Shown here: positions 48,147 to 61,585 of the stretch, in pieces
Layout: every line of letters begins with the position of its first letter
How positions within the stretch are numbered: position 1 is the stretch's first letter
Source: Octopus bimaculoides
Lineage: Eukaryota
Direction: 5' to 3'
Assembly: GCF_001194135.2 (NCBI RefSeq)
Contig: NC_068992.1
Location: forward strand, 38,313,304-38,377,303
Length of the DNA: 64,000 nucleotides
The notes under the pieces: model-generated
The model's database searches: none
The model's input: only the letters and a program-made list of their open reading frames with translations
Told to the model about the DNA's origin: nothing
Translations under genes and position numbers: made by a program

Positions 48147-51100
48147 CTGTAAAAACAATAACAAAGATGTTAAGAAGATCACAAGAAGTTTGTAGAGGTG
48201 AAATGACTGACAAAATTCTTTTAAATGATTGGAACAGAATTTCAGGAACAAGCTTAAAGTGTAGATACACCTGCTCTGGACCAAGCCTTTAACTGGAAAC
48301 TAACGAAACAACATATTAATTAGCAGTGTTCTCATTGGTTATAGTGGTATTATGTCTGTATCTATAGTACCTCTTTACAGCTAGGTAGTCTGAGCCAACA
48401 AGAGAGAAGTCTGGTGGCCATAGATAAGACTGGAGCAAAATCATGTCTTTGATAATCTGACCAATTCCTGACAGATTTGGTCAACCGTGGCCGAACACTG
48501 AATGGATAATAATAAGAATATGAATAAAGTCTGCAAGTTTGTTATATCCACTGTGTTTCATGTCTTTGAGTCGGATAATTATTCTACTGGTTGCAGTTTA
48601 TTTAGCCATCAGCAAGATGCAAGAATAAAAGCACACCCAGTGTGGAAGTGGTCTCTCAAATTTTTTCAAATAAACTGTCCAGTCAGATCTTGAATCTTTG
48701 ATTGAGATAGGTAAGAAAAAGTTTTGTTTAGATAATTAAATTGATTGTAAATGAAGGAAACTCTTTTGCTGAACTGCTAAGTTACTAAGACGTAAACAAA
48801 CCAACACTGGTTGTCAAATGGTGGTGGAGAAACACAAAGACAAATACAAATATGTATATGATGAGCTTCCTTCAGTTTCCACTCACAAGGATTTGGTTGG
48901 CCCAGGGCTATTGTAGAAGACACTTGCCTAAGGTGCCAGGCAGTGGGACTGAACCCAGAATGATGTGATTGGGAAGCAAGCTTCTTACCACACAGCTATG
49001 TCTGTTATATTTAAGAATATGGAGATGGAATAGATGGCAGAGACAAAAAAATAAATAAAGTGAACACCAAATAGACAACAGTGTGAAGGAGCAGCAAGGA
49101 ATATTTAAAGGAATNNNNNNNNNNGGGGATTGGGAAGCGGTGGAGATAGTAACATATACAAACAAAACAGAAATTGGTGACAAACAGTTACAAAATAGCT
49201 TAGGACATAATTTAAGGGTGTGTTTCATTTGAAAACTGGTTACATCCAATGTAGTTGGAGTCTATTCAACTAGGAAAGAAAAACACCTCATCCTGTTAGT
49301 CTTCCTTTTTCTTTTCTTTTTTTCCCCCTTTTTTTGCATGTGAAAAGCATTTGTTTCATCACTGATGAAACAATATCATAATAATAACAAAATCAGCAAT
49401 TAGGCACAAAATCAGCAATTTTGAGAGGAAGGGGTAAATGGTTTACACTGACCTTAGTACTATATAGGTACTTATTTGATTGACCCCAAAAGCATGAATG
49501 GCAAAGCCAACCTCAGTGGAATCTGAACTCAAAAGTCAATGAGTGTGCAGAAATACTACAAAGCAATTTTTTTGACGTTCTAACAATTTTGACAGCTGAC
49601 CACCTTAATACTAGCTTGTGACTCAAATGGACCGTTTCCCTTTTTTTTATATAAAGCCACATCAATCATCACCACCATCATCTTATGACAGCTTTCTATG
49701 TCACTCTTTGTTATCCCCTTTATGAAGAGTAATAATTTGAGTTTGTCCTTCACCTTTTCTTTCCGATGTCTTCTTCGAACATCTTCCTCAGAACGTAAAG
49801 ACAGACAAAGACATGTTATATATTAAGTTATTGTTTGGGTTTGCGGCTGTTCTGTGGGCACTTCATGAATTATTATCTGTTTGGCAGAGCTTGATTAGGT
49901 TTCTGACTTGCCTGTTTCTGTCAAGCTGTCCAACCCATGCCAGCATAGAAAATGCACATTTCATGATAATATTATAGTACAACAGTGATTTTTCACACCC
50001 TTGGTCAGCTTAGATTGTAAAGTTGATGACCTGTGTTTCAAGTGCCAAACATTGCGACTGAACCTGAAACGCCAAGGATGCAAAGACACTAAGCCTGGAC
50101 CCAGGGTAATTTGGGCTTAAATGTTTTATTAGGTAAGAAGAAAACACTCCTAAACTGGGTAGCATCTGTTTCAGTAAGTGGACTCCACCCCCACCTTGTG
50201 TGAGACCATTCAATGTTAATCAACACCTGAAAATTCTTTGAGAGAGAGAGTGTATGTGTGTGTGTGTGTGAGAACAAGAGGCAGAGAGATTTAGATTAAG
50301 ATTTTTAAGTATATAAACATAAAAGTAGAAGATTAAAAAAAATTAATGAGCACCTGCTACATTTTTTTAAAGCTTCATGTCTCTAAATGGGGGGGGGGGG
50401 GAACAGTCCCACAGTTCATCAGGGTGTGTTGGGGTGGGGAGAAGAATGTTGTTGTGTTAAAAGGAATATTCCTTAAAGTTACACAACAGTCTCAGAAACT
50501 GCCACAGATATCTGCAAATATGTCAGACTACAAGAAGTAGTTCTTCTACACAGAAATAGATTTCGTTTTTTCTCTTTTTGTTTGTTTGTTTGTTTTTTTA
50601 ACATCACAAGCTACAGAAGTTATTTGTAAAATAAGGTATAAAGTGAAAAATTTCAGGGGAAGGGGTTAATCAATTGAATCAACCCGCAGTACTTGATTGG
50701 TACTTTATGGACACTGGAAGGATAAAAAACAAAATCGACCTTGGTGGGATTTGAACTCAAAAACATAAGAAGCCATAGCAAATATGGTGAGTCAATTTCT
50801 TTTCTGATATTCTACCAGCGCAAAACCATTCATGATTGTTTCTAATTGAAACCCAAAGCCTACAAGTTTGAAGAGAGGGGTTAGGTGATGCCATTAGCCC
50901 CTAGTATTTGACTGGTACTTTATTGACCTTGGAGGACAAAAAGACGAAACGAACCTCAGTGGGATCTGAACTCAGAAGATAAAGAAGCAGAAAAAAAATG
51001 CTATAAAACTGTTTTTCCAAGGCTCTAAAAATTCTACCAATTCACTACTCCATCTCAAACTATAATAAATGTTAACATTAATATAATGATGATTCCACTC

Positions 51101-51531
51101 CCCACCTCTCACCCTCATCCCACCCAAACAGATGGAATTTTCGCTTCCATTCCATTCAGTCTAATATAAAGGCTTGGAATTTCTAAAAGTTCTTTTTATC
51201 ATTCAACATAATTATTAATTTTTTTCTTCTTTCAGTACCCCTGTGTGTATGAGTGTGTGTGCGCACGCGTGCGTGCATGCAAAGGTAGTCACAAATGGGA
51301 TAAATTTAACAAAATTGCAAAAAACAAACAAACAAAGAGGAATTGTTTATTTCTTGTGTGATGTGAACTTATTTATGTTGATGGCAACGAGATATCAAAT
51401 GAAACAGAAGGCAGGATATAACAACACCACCACCAATGCCAACATCCTGCACAGCAACATGTTCCGGCGCCAAGACAAGCTGCTGTTTGACAGAAGTGGA
51501 TCAAAAGTTAACCAAATTCTTCTATGCTTAC

Positions 51532-51582
51532 AGACTGATAAATTGTTTGTACGAGAGAGGTGTGAAGGAATGTCAGGAACAT
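51532..51582 (-). CDS. Candidate first coding exon of the RIN gene (MFLTFLHTSLVQTIYQS)
   Basis: ATG at 51582-51580 with an open frame to a phase-0 donor GTAAGC at 51531, compatible with the phase-0 acceptor at 48146. No independent homology support. Confidence 0.4.
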
Positions 51583-52205
51583 GTCTGAAGTTTCCTCCTA
51601 TGGAAAACAGAGCTGTATAGTGTCAGGAATGTCAAAGTACGAATATTTCTGAAGAATGTCATAAATGCACTGAGATCATGTAAATTCAACCGATTCTTAC
51701 ATTCGAAACATGTTTTAACGAAAATTTTCCGAAGTGTTTTTTTTTTTTTCTTTTCTTTTCTGCTTGCATGGGTCAAGACAGAGATTTGTTTGAGGCACGA
51801 TTTGGTGGCCAGATGCTCTTCCTCTTACCAAACTTTGCCTGATTTTTTAACCAAAGCATATTTGTATTCCAAAGGTCATCAAAGGCACAGAGCAACTGGT
51901 CATAATGTCAACCTCAGCAACATTTCACTCAATTGGCAACAAATGTGAAAATATATAAATACTGACCCACATTCATGCACACATCCATGTAAACGTGTGT
52001 GTATGTGTGTGCCTATTACTTGTTTCTGTCATTAGACTGTGGCCATGCTGGAGCAGTGTCTTGAAAAATGTTTAATCTAATGAATTGACAGCAGTCCTTT
52101 TTTAAAGCCTGGTACTTATTCTATCAGTCTCCTTTGTTGAACTGCTAGGTTACAGGGAGATAAACACACCAACACAGGTTGTCAAATGGTGATGAGGGAC
52201 AAACA

Positions 52206-52266
<61 letters not shown>

Positions 52267-52620
52267 AACAGTGATTTCTTTCAGTTTCTGTCTACGAAAT
52301 CCACTCACAAGGGTGTGGTTGACCTGATGTTATAATAGAAGACACTTGCCCAAGGTACCACACAGTATGCCCCAGCAGGGCCTGTCTAGGGACTGAAACA
52401 AATAAAAGACAAAAGAAATACATACACATACACACTTCCTATAATTTCTGTCTACCTCACAGAATTGGTTGGCATTGAGCTACCCATGGTGCAGCAAATG
52501 AGACCAAACCCCAAACCACATGCTTGCTAAACAAACATAATGGCCACACAGTCATGTTTTGTAACTGATTCATACATATAGGTGAAAAAAGATTAGAGGT
52601 CTATACAAATCAAATTTTTA

Positions 52621-52888
52621 TATATAATAGATGGAGGTGGAAATAGCACAGAAGTAAGTCTAAGATATTTCAATTTAAGAACATGTCTTGACCTCCCAGA
52701 CAGAAGATAAACTGTTTTTACTTGAAATTTTAATAAATTTTTACTGATATTTGATAAGATGAGATACACCGAAACTGGTAATATTTTCTTTATATAATTT
52801 TTGAAGTCATTTTTATTAAATTCCCTCTTAAATTCAAATGTCTTAGATTTACTTCTGTGCTATTTCCACCCCCGACTTTTATTATATA
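52621..52888. repeat. MITE-like inverted repeat (~60-bp arms)
   Basis: ggtggaaatagcacagaagtaagtctaaga pairs with tcttagatttacttctgtgctatttccacc; TA-rich ends. Confidence 0.75.
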
Positions 52889-53860
52889 TATATATATCAA
52901 CTTGATTCCTAAATAAATAAAATCATTATAGATTGAGTCATTTTGTGGGTGCAGCCAACAGCTGTGGTCTTTCATTAATTAATTCCTGCATTAAGAAAAT
53001 TTATTTCCATTTTTAATTGAAAGACAAAGGTCTTTGTTTTGGAATTCATTTAACAATTTTTGTCTTCTTCAGGAGACCCGTCTAGCCAAGTGAAATCATA
53101 GTTGTGGCCGATGCTGGTGTCATGTAACTGGCTCCCATGCTGGTGGCACATAAAAAGCACCTTTCAAGCATCAGGTCTCATAGAGGCAAGGTGGCCAATG
53201 CTGGTGGCATGTGAAAAGCATCTTTTGAGTGTTGGGCATTACGGAGACAATGACGAATGACCAAAGCCTTTGACATTATGCCGTGCTTGAGAAGATATTC
53301 CATCAAGCCAAGTAAAATTGCAGACATGGCACATACTGGTGTCACACAAATGGCACGGAAAAGCACCCATTACACTCTTGGAGTGGTTGTCGTTAGGAAG
53401 AGTATCTAGCTGTAGATACCATGCCAAATCAGACTGGAGTCTGGTGCAGCCTTCCAGCTTGCCAGCCCTGGTCAAACTGTCCAACCCATGCCAGCATGGA
53501 CAATGATGATAATGGTGGTGGTGGTTGCAGTCCAAACTTCTTATCTATCCAACCATTCTTGTGATAAGACCATTTGTTAGAGGGAACATATATACTTGTC
53601 CTAAGTATTTTAGGTTAATTATTTTAATTAGGGATAGTTAGGATAGAAGGGATATGTAAGTTTTAAATTAACTGTTTTAATTGAGGCTTGTTAAGATAGA
53701 GGAAGTATATATATATATATNNNNNNNNNNNNNNNNNNNNNNNNNNNNNNNNNNNNNNNNNNNNNNNNNNNNNNNNNNNNNNNNNNATATATAGTTATTT
53801 GGAAATGGATGCGCGGCATTCAAATAAATAATATACACACACCTATATATATGCATATAT

Positions 53861-54126
53861 GGGTACAGGACGTCACCAACAGTAAACAACATGAAATATG
53901 AAAACAAATGAGTTAAATACGCAAATAATGAGAGGAAAAAATGGAAAGGAGAGCAACTGTCTTTGAAGAATGATACTGTCATTGATCGCTCGAAATGGGG
54001 AGTAGATAGACAGCAGACAACTGATGAAGGGTTGTTCTTTCTATTACTTGTCTTGTTTCTCATTTTTTCTCTCTCATTATTTGCATATCTAACTCATCTG
54101 TTTACTATTGGTGACGTCCTGTACCC
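53861..54126. repeat. Fold-back element (GGGTACAGGACGTCACCAA termini)
   Basis: gggtacaggacgtcaccaacagtaaac at 53861 and gtttactattggtgacgtcctgtaccc ending at 54126. Confidence 0.8.
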
Positions 54127-55199
54127 GAGCAGCTGTCTGGCTAGTGGCCCGTAAATAGCACCATTTGAGTGTAATCGTCACCAGCGTTGCCTTCTAGCAC
54201 TTGTGCTGGTGGCACGTTAGAAAATCATTCAAGCGAGGTTGTTGCCAGTACCACTGGACTGGCTCCCATGCAGGTGGCACATAAAAAACACCATTTTGAG
54301 CGTGGCCGTTGCCAGTACCGTGTGACTGGCCCTCGTTCTGGTGGCACGTAATGGCATAAGGAAGGGCATCCAGCTGTAGAAACTCTGCCAGATCAGATTG
54401 GAGCCTGGTGCAGCCTTCTGGCTTGCCAGTCCTCAGTCAAATCGTCCAACCCATGCTAGCATGGAAAGCGGACGTTAAACGATGATGATGATGATGATGA
54501 TTATATATATATCATCATGTTGTTAGTATTAAGCCAGTAGTCTTAATTATGGATAGTTAAGACTGAAGGGGGTTTGTATATGTTATAAGTTTTAGGTCAA
54601 TTATTTTTAATTATGGGCTGTTAGAGTATAGGATGAATAGATACCTATTAGAATTTGGGTCAGTTGTTTTAGTACTGGGGTCATTAGAATATTTAGGGCA
54701 ACAAACTATCCACTAGTTCACACCTATGTCTAGTCTCCACTCCTACCACTCAACCAAAACAAAAACAACGGGTAAGGCAAACCCTGGTCACATGGTAAAC
54801 AAACATGCACACAGGCCCACACTTGCCTGGTAATTAGCTATTGATGTACTACTGACGTCAGTTATGTCATGGCCGCCACCACCACCATCATTCCTGCTCT
54901 TCCATACAAAACTATAATGGGGGTGGGTAGGAGAGGGATGGTAAGCTATGTTAGAAGAAGGCTAAAGGCTTCACTTGGCTTTATTATTATTATTATAACA
55001 GAAGAAACTGGGAATGAAGAGGGATAGGTCAGTTAGGAAAGAGAAAGGAAGTTGTCATTGCATTCTTGCCCTACAAAATAGTAGTGGTGGCGGTGGTAGA
55101 CAGGAATGGTAATTATGATGTAAATTAAAGGTAAAATGTCTTCATTATTCAGTAGTTGAGTTAGCAACAGAGAAATACAGGTTTATGATGATATAAGGA

Positions 55200-55445
55200 G
55201 GTAAATAAGGAGAGTTATTTACATAAAGGGAAAATAATGAGAGTGGGGGGAGGGAAGAAATAAATGAAAGAGAGAGCTGGAAGAAGAGAGAACAGGAAAA
55301 GAGAGAGAAGGGGAGAGGGAGAGATAATAAGAATAAGAGGAAAATAGAAGAGAAAGAAATAAGGAGCTAAAGTAAATGAGATAAAGAGAGAGGAGACAAT
55401 AGGGAAGAGACAGAGAGAGGGGGGAAAGAGAGCCAAAAGAGAGCA
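55200..55445 (+). repeat. Long purine-rich low-complexity tract
   Basis: Mostly A/G for about 240 nt. Confidence 0.85.
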
Positions 55446-56232
55446 GCAGTTTCTTTTTAAGTGTATCAAAGATTTGAATGAACACCACAACATCCTGCAT
55501 TTCTTGTACATTCAATGAACAGCGCCCACCACCACCACCAGTACGTTCTTATTAGTCCTTAATCCTCGAGCGTCCAAATCAACCATATCCACCAGCCCAA
55601 ATATCCATCATCATCATCATCATCATTTAATGTCTGCTCTCCATGCTGGCATGGGTTTGACAGTTTGACCAGAGCTGGTGAGCCAGAGGGCTGCACCAAG
55701 TTCCAGTCTGATATGGCATGGTTTCTACAGATGGATGCCCTTGCTAGTGCCAACCACTCCAGGAGTATAATGGGTGCTTTTACGTGCCGCCGACACAGGA
55801 ACCATTTACATGACATCGGCAACAACCATGACTACAATTCATGGGTGAGTGCCATTTACATGGCACCATCAATGACCACAACTACGATTCCTAGGTGAGT
55901 ACATATATCATGTCCAGAAATGTCCAAAGATTTGTTTGTCTCTCATCTATTTTTAACCCTTTAGCATTCAGATTTCTTTGCTGAATGTAATGTTTGTTTA
56001 TTCACATTGTTTTTCACATAAATAGCATGATGATCCATACAAAAAACATCCTGTCCACACTGTAAAGTGGTTGGCATTTGGAAGAGCAGCATCCAGCTGT
56101 AAAAAAACCATGTCAAAGTTGACACAGAAGTATGGTGCAGTCTTCTGCCTATCCAGTTCCTGTCAAACCATCCAACCCATGCCAGCATGGAAGGCAGATG
56201 TTAAACAATGATGATGATGATGATGATGATAG

Positions 56233-56579
56233 AACAAGTAGAAAGATAAATTTTTTTCCAACATGCAAATACTGAACAGTATATATAAAGGATAAAATCC
56301 TTTTAAGAGCAGAAAAATTTGCCAGCAACCAGCCATGAGGATCGAACTCACACCCCTCCAATATCCAGTTGGAGTGCTCTACCCTTTAACCAGACTGGCG
56401 AATTCTTCTGCAATATTAGAAATTATAAAGTCATCCAGAAACAGATATTGGAGGGGTGAGAGTTTGATCCTCATGGCTGGGTTGCCAGCAAATTTTTCTG
56501 CACTTAAAACGAGTTTATCCTTTGTATATATACTGTTTAGTATCCACGCGTTGAATAAAAATTTATCTTTCTACTTGTT
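56233..56579. mobile_element. Fold-back element with a tRNA-like head in the centre
   Basis: Arms 56233-56365 and 56444-56579. The minus strand contains ctggttaaagggtagagc...gagttcgatcc (A/B-box-like). Confidence 0.7.
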
Positions 56580-57812
56580 GTACAATACATTTCAATGTTT
56601 CAAAAACAAACTTATGTTTGTTTACATATGACATAAAATGATGATGATATCATAAAAGCACTCTGTCCGCTTTGCTGAGTGGTTAGTGTTAGGAAGGGCA
56701 TCAAGCAGTAAAAACCCTGCCAAAACAGACATAGGTGTATGGTGCAGTCTTTTGCCTGGCCTGCTCCTGTCAAACCACCCAACCCATGCCAGCATGGAAG
56801 GCGGAAGTTAAAACAATGATGATGACGATATTTCATAGCTTCAAGATTTCAACATGACTGTATATGTTTAAAATGACATTGTAGGGTAAGGGTGAAAGAA
56901 CAGATCCAGCTGGATTAAACATAGAATAGACAGAATATTTTGGCGAGATGTGGTTAGTTTAAATGTTGAAGGGTTAAACAATACAAAAATTAAGGGTTAA
57001 ACGATACAAAAATTAAAATTCAGTACCAACTCCTATGAACTTTTAAGTATCACAAAAGAATGAAGAAGGAATTTATGTTGGTTTGGTATCCTTCACTTTG
57101 CCGTTTGAATTACATTCGAGTGATTGATGGAGGTGGTGGGTTATAAGTTATGGAGAAGAGAAGAACTGAGTAAAGAACAGAAGCTTATAATTTAGAACAT
57201 AATGAAATAATTGATAATGGCTTACCCTGCAGTTATTCGAACTGATCTCTGTAATATCAGGACAGCGGTCATAATGAGTTTCCTGCAAATGACTAATATC
57301 CCTGGAAATAAAAAAAATAAATAAAATACAGATATATAGCAACACACACACATATGTATATATACAATAGGCTTCCACACAGTTTCCATCTAACAATTCC
57401 CTTCACAAGGCACTGGTTAGCCCTAAGGTATAGTAATAGAAATTTAAAATTTCTTCCATGAAAATCTCAGTCAATTTATGTTCTAAACACCAGCGTAATA
57501 ATGGACAAAGTTATTTTACTAAATTTTTCATTATTTTAAAAATTAATAAAACAGAAGCAATATATTTCAACAGAAATAGGGTAATAAAATGGCAAAGTTT
57601 CTTTCTACATCTTTGGTTAAATGGTCTATGTTTGTTAAGGTGTGAAGCGTGGAAAATAATCTCAGCTCCACTTAGGGTTTGAACTCAGAAGTGTGAAGTC
57701 TAAAATCAGATGCTATTAACTAAATATCTATCAACTGTTCTGCATCCACCATTTATGCACCCAACACTTACATTCACCTCAGGATGACTGCATCACTAAC
57801 TATACAGTAGAC

Positions 57813-58463
57813 CAGTGTTTCTCAACTGGGGTTCCTAGAAAGAGTGAGATAAGCTAATGCTAATTTCACAATTGTAATNNNNNNNNNNNNNNNNNNNNNN
57901 NNNNNNNNNNNNNNNNNNNNNNNNNNNNNGAATTAGGTACTTAAGTTGAAGCACCAAGCCAGTCTGGTATTATCTGCACAGCTTGAAGTAAGGTGAATAA
58001 AATCAAAATAAGCAACAGGATATCAAGTAGTGATGCAGTACAACCATTTCAAGTGGCTCCATTTAATTGAACAATGCAATCATCAATTTAAATGCAGTGC
58101 TATCTTCAGCTGCACAAAATATAGAATTTTTTAACAAGTAGAACATATTTAATATAATTTTCTTAAATATTTTAACAGAGTAAGAAGATGGAAGAAATTC
58201 ATGTTATCGCTATTGTAGCAAGATAGCACTGCATTTAAATTGATGTAATGATTGCATTGTTCAATTAAATGGAGCCACTTAAAACGGCTGTACTGCATTA
58301 CTACTTGATATCCTGTTGCTTACATATGTGACATTAACCATGTGAACTATGATGAAAAAAATATGTGAAAGATACAGTATATAATTTTTTTGAGCAGGGG
58401 TTCCTTGAGACATGTAATTGAATTTAAGGGTTACACAAGGGTAAAAAAGGTTGAGAAACACTG
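57813..58463. mobile_element. hAT (Charlie-like) non-autonomous element
   Basis: 14-bp TIRs CAGTGTTTCTCAAC and GTTGAGAAACACTG, with a perfect 8-bp TSD CAGTAGAC at 57805-57812 and 58464-58471. Confidence 0.92.
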
Positions 58464-60477
58464 CAGTAGACTAACGGAGCCTCTGTGTAGTTACTAGACC
58501 TATTAGAAGCAGTAACCAAATACCCTCAGATTACAGCTTGCTGTCTTACAAAAACAAACCCCGCAAAAATGAATAATAGAAATACAAAAAACAGGAGGGA
58601 ATGCTTTTCAGAAAAGGTCTGGTGAATTTCAATACCAATTTGAGTTCTCAAAAACTTTCTACAGTCTCAAAACTGTGAAGGAACTTTTTCAACTGTGACT
58701 GAAGTTCTAGAGAACTTTCTTGGTTCTCCAGAGTCTCTAAGAGAATTCTTTCAACTAGAATTTAGTTTCTTAAGAAACTTTCTAGTTGTAGAAAATTCTA
58801 ATTAGACATGACATTTATTGTAGGTCTTTAGGCTGATGTGTATAAATACCAACAGCTCTGGTGGAAAATACTGAAAGGGTAGGGGTGGAAGGTGGGGGAG
58901 GAAAGAAGTTGTGAAAAGAAAGCAAAGATTAATGACTTTATCTGTTTTAAGTAAAAGAGATTGTATTTATTAAAAGACTATTTGTGACTAGACTCTAAAG
59001 TACCCTAGCAGATGCAGGATGCATGCCTTGTGATTCTCTGGTGCCTGAAATACTTGGAACAAATCATAAATGGTAGGAAGTAGACTATTTATAGAAAATA
59101 TGGCAGGAATAATAGTAAGAGCAGGGAGCCGAAACCAAAAAATAATAAAAACCCCACAAAAAACAACAGAACAATGCTTTTTATTTTATTTACTTATTAT
59201 TTTTACATGTGATTCCAGGGAAATATGGCTGAATGTTTGGGTAGAGACATTGATAGTTGCAGGCTACTAACTACTCTATTGTGAAGAACAACGCTTATCT
59301 GTCAGACAGACAGACTGATGCCAGCAGATGCCACAGTGTCTTTACTAGGAAGATTTAAATTGATAGCCATATACAGCACAGGTGCAGCTGTGTGGTAAGA
59401 AGCTTCCTTCCCAACAACATGGTTCCAGGGTTCAGTCCCACACTGAGTGACACCTTGGGCAAGAGTTTTCTACTATGGCCTGAAATCAAACAAAGCCTTG
59501 TGATTGGATTTGGTAGACAGAAACTGAAAGGCAGCAAGCTGGCAGAAACGTTAGCATGCCGGGCGAAATGCTTAGCAGTATTTATTGCCCCTTGTGGGCA
59601 ATAAAGAAATAAGAAACTGAAAGAAGCTTGTCATTTAAATGCGTGTGTGTGTGTGTGTGTGTGTGTGTGNNNNNNNNNNNNNNNNNNNNNNNNNNNNNNN
59701 NNNNNNNNNNNNNNNNNNNNNNNNNNNNNNNNNNNNNNNNNNNNNNNNNNNNNNNNNNNNNNNNNNNNNNNNNNNNNNNNNNNNNNNNNNNNNNNNNNNN
59801 NNNNNNNNNNNNNNNNNNNNNNNNNNNNNNNNNNNNNNNNNNNNNNNNNNNNNNNNNNNNNNNNNNNNNNNNNNNNNNNNNNNNNNNNNNNNNNNNNNNN
59901 NNNNNNNNNNNNNNNNNNNNNNNNNNNNNNNNNNNNNNNNNNNNNNNNNNNNNNNNNNNNNNNNNNNNNNNNNNNNNNNNNNNNNNNNNNNNNNNNNNNN
60001 NNNNNNNNNNNNNNNNNNNNNNNNNNNNNNNNNNNNNNNNNNNNNNNNNNNNNNNNNNNNNNNNNNNNNNNNNNNNNNNNNNNNNNNNNNNNNNNNNNNN
60101 NNNNNNNNNNNNNNNNNNNNNNNNNNNNNNNNNNNNNNNNNNNNNNNNNNNNNNNNNNNNNNNNNNNNNNNNNNNNNNNNNNNNNNNNNNNNNNNNNNNN
60201 NNNNNNNNNNNNNNNNNNNNNNNNNNNNNNNNNNNNNNNNNNNNNNNNNNNNNNNNNNNNNNNNNNNNNNNNNNNNNNAGAATTGCTTCATTAACCATTT
60301 CTATGGAAGGAATCCAAAATAAACTCAAAGAAATTTTACGGTAGGAAAAATTCCAGATGAAAGAATTACTTTTGGTTTTTGATGACACCAAAAACAAAGA
60401 GATTAGATAAATCTTTAGAAATAATTGATAAATAAATGCATATTTGAAGTTTTTGGTTCATTAATTATAATGACCAT

Positions 60478-60670
60478 TTAACCCTTTTGTTACTATATTT
60501 CTGTTGGGATGCTCTGTGTTTCTTTCAATTAATTTTAAATATAACAAAGAATTTAGTAAAATAACTTAGTTATCATTCAGTTAGTGTTAGGAACATAAAT
60601 TGTGACAAAGGTTTGGTGGAAGATTTTAATTCAGAGCCAGTTTCAGCTGGGTTGGTAACGAAAGGGTTAA
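60478..60670. mobile_element. piggyBac-type MITE, same family
   Basis: TTAACCCTTTTG...GAAAGGGTTAA. Confidence 0.8.
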
Positions 60671-61550
60671 AGCATCAAGCAGGAAGAATCATTAACACAT
60701 CAAGCAAAATGCTTAACAATATTTCTTCCACTCTTAACATTCTGAGTTCAAGTACACCAAAGCCAATTTTATCCCTCTGTCATTTTGGAAGTCGATAAAA
60801 TAAGAGTACCAGTCAAGAACTAGAAGTGTGGTTGATGTGAACAATTCACCGCCTTCCCCTTAAATCTTTGGCCTTCTGCCAAAATTTGAAACAGCTTTAA
60901 TGACTTGTAACAGCAATGCTTGTGTCTTGTGTGAAAGTATACATCTATATCATCATTTTTAATGCTGGCATGGGTTGGACGGTTTCACTGGGGACTGGTA
61001 AGCCAGTAGGCCGCACCAGGCTCCAATCTGATTTGGCAAGGTTTCTACAGCTGGATGCCCTTCCTAACACCAGCCACTCCGAGAGTGTAGCAGGTGCTTT
61101 TTACGTGCTACTAGCATGAGGAGCCAGTCAGGCAGCACTGGTACCGACTCACACTTGAGTGGTGCTTACAATGTGCCACCAGCACGGGTGCCAGTGGCAT
61201 GTAATAAGTACCAGTCAAGCATGGGCTGATGCCAGTGCCGCCTGACTGGCTCCCCATGCCAGTGGCACATAAAAAGCCCCATCTGAACATGGTCAATGCC
61301 AGTCCCCCATTGATTGGCTCTTGTAACACACGCATATATGTATTTGTTATTTATATCTGTGTTTGTGTGTATTTATCCCCCCCACAATCACTTGCCATCC
61401 GATGTTGGTGTGTTTACCTCCCCATCACGTAGTGGTTCGGCAAAAAAGAGACCGATAAAATACTAGGCCCTGGGGTCGATTTGTTCAACTAAAGGCGGTG
61501 CTCCAGCATGGCCACAGTCAAATGACTGAAACAAGTAAAAGAGTTAAAAA

Positions 61551-61584
<34 letters not shown>

Positions 61585-61585
<1 letters not shown>

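Noticed and set aside
51243-51620. 125-aa plus-strand ORF
   Set aside because: It starts in a dinucleotide repeat, has no recognisable domain, and overlaps the candidate RIN start exon antisense.
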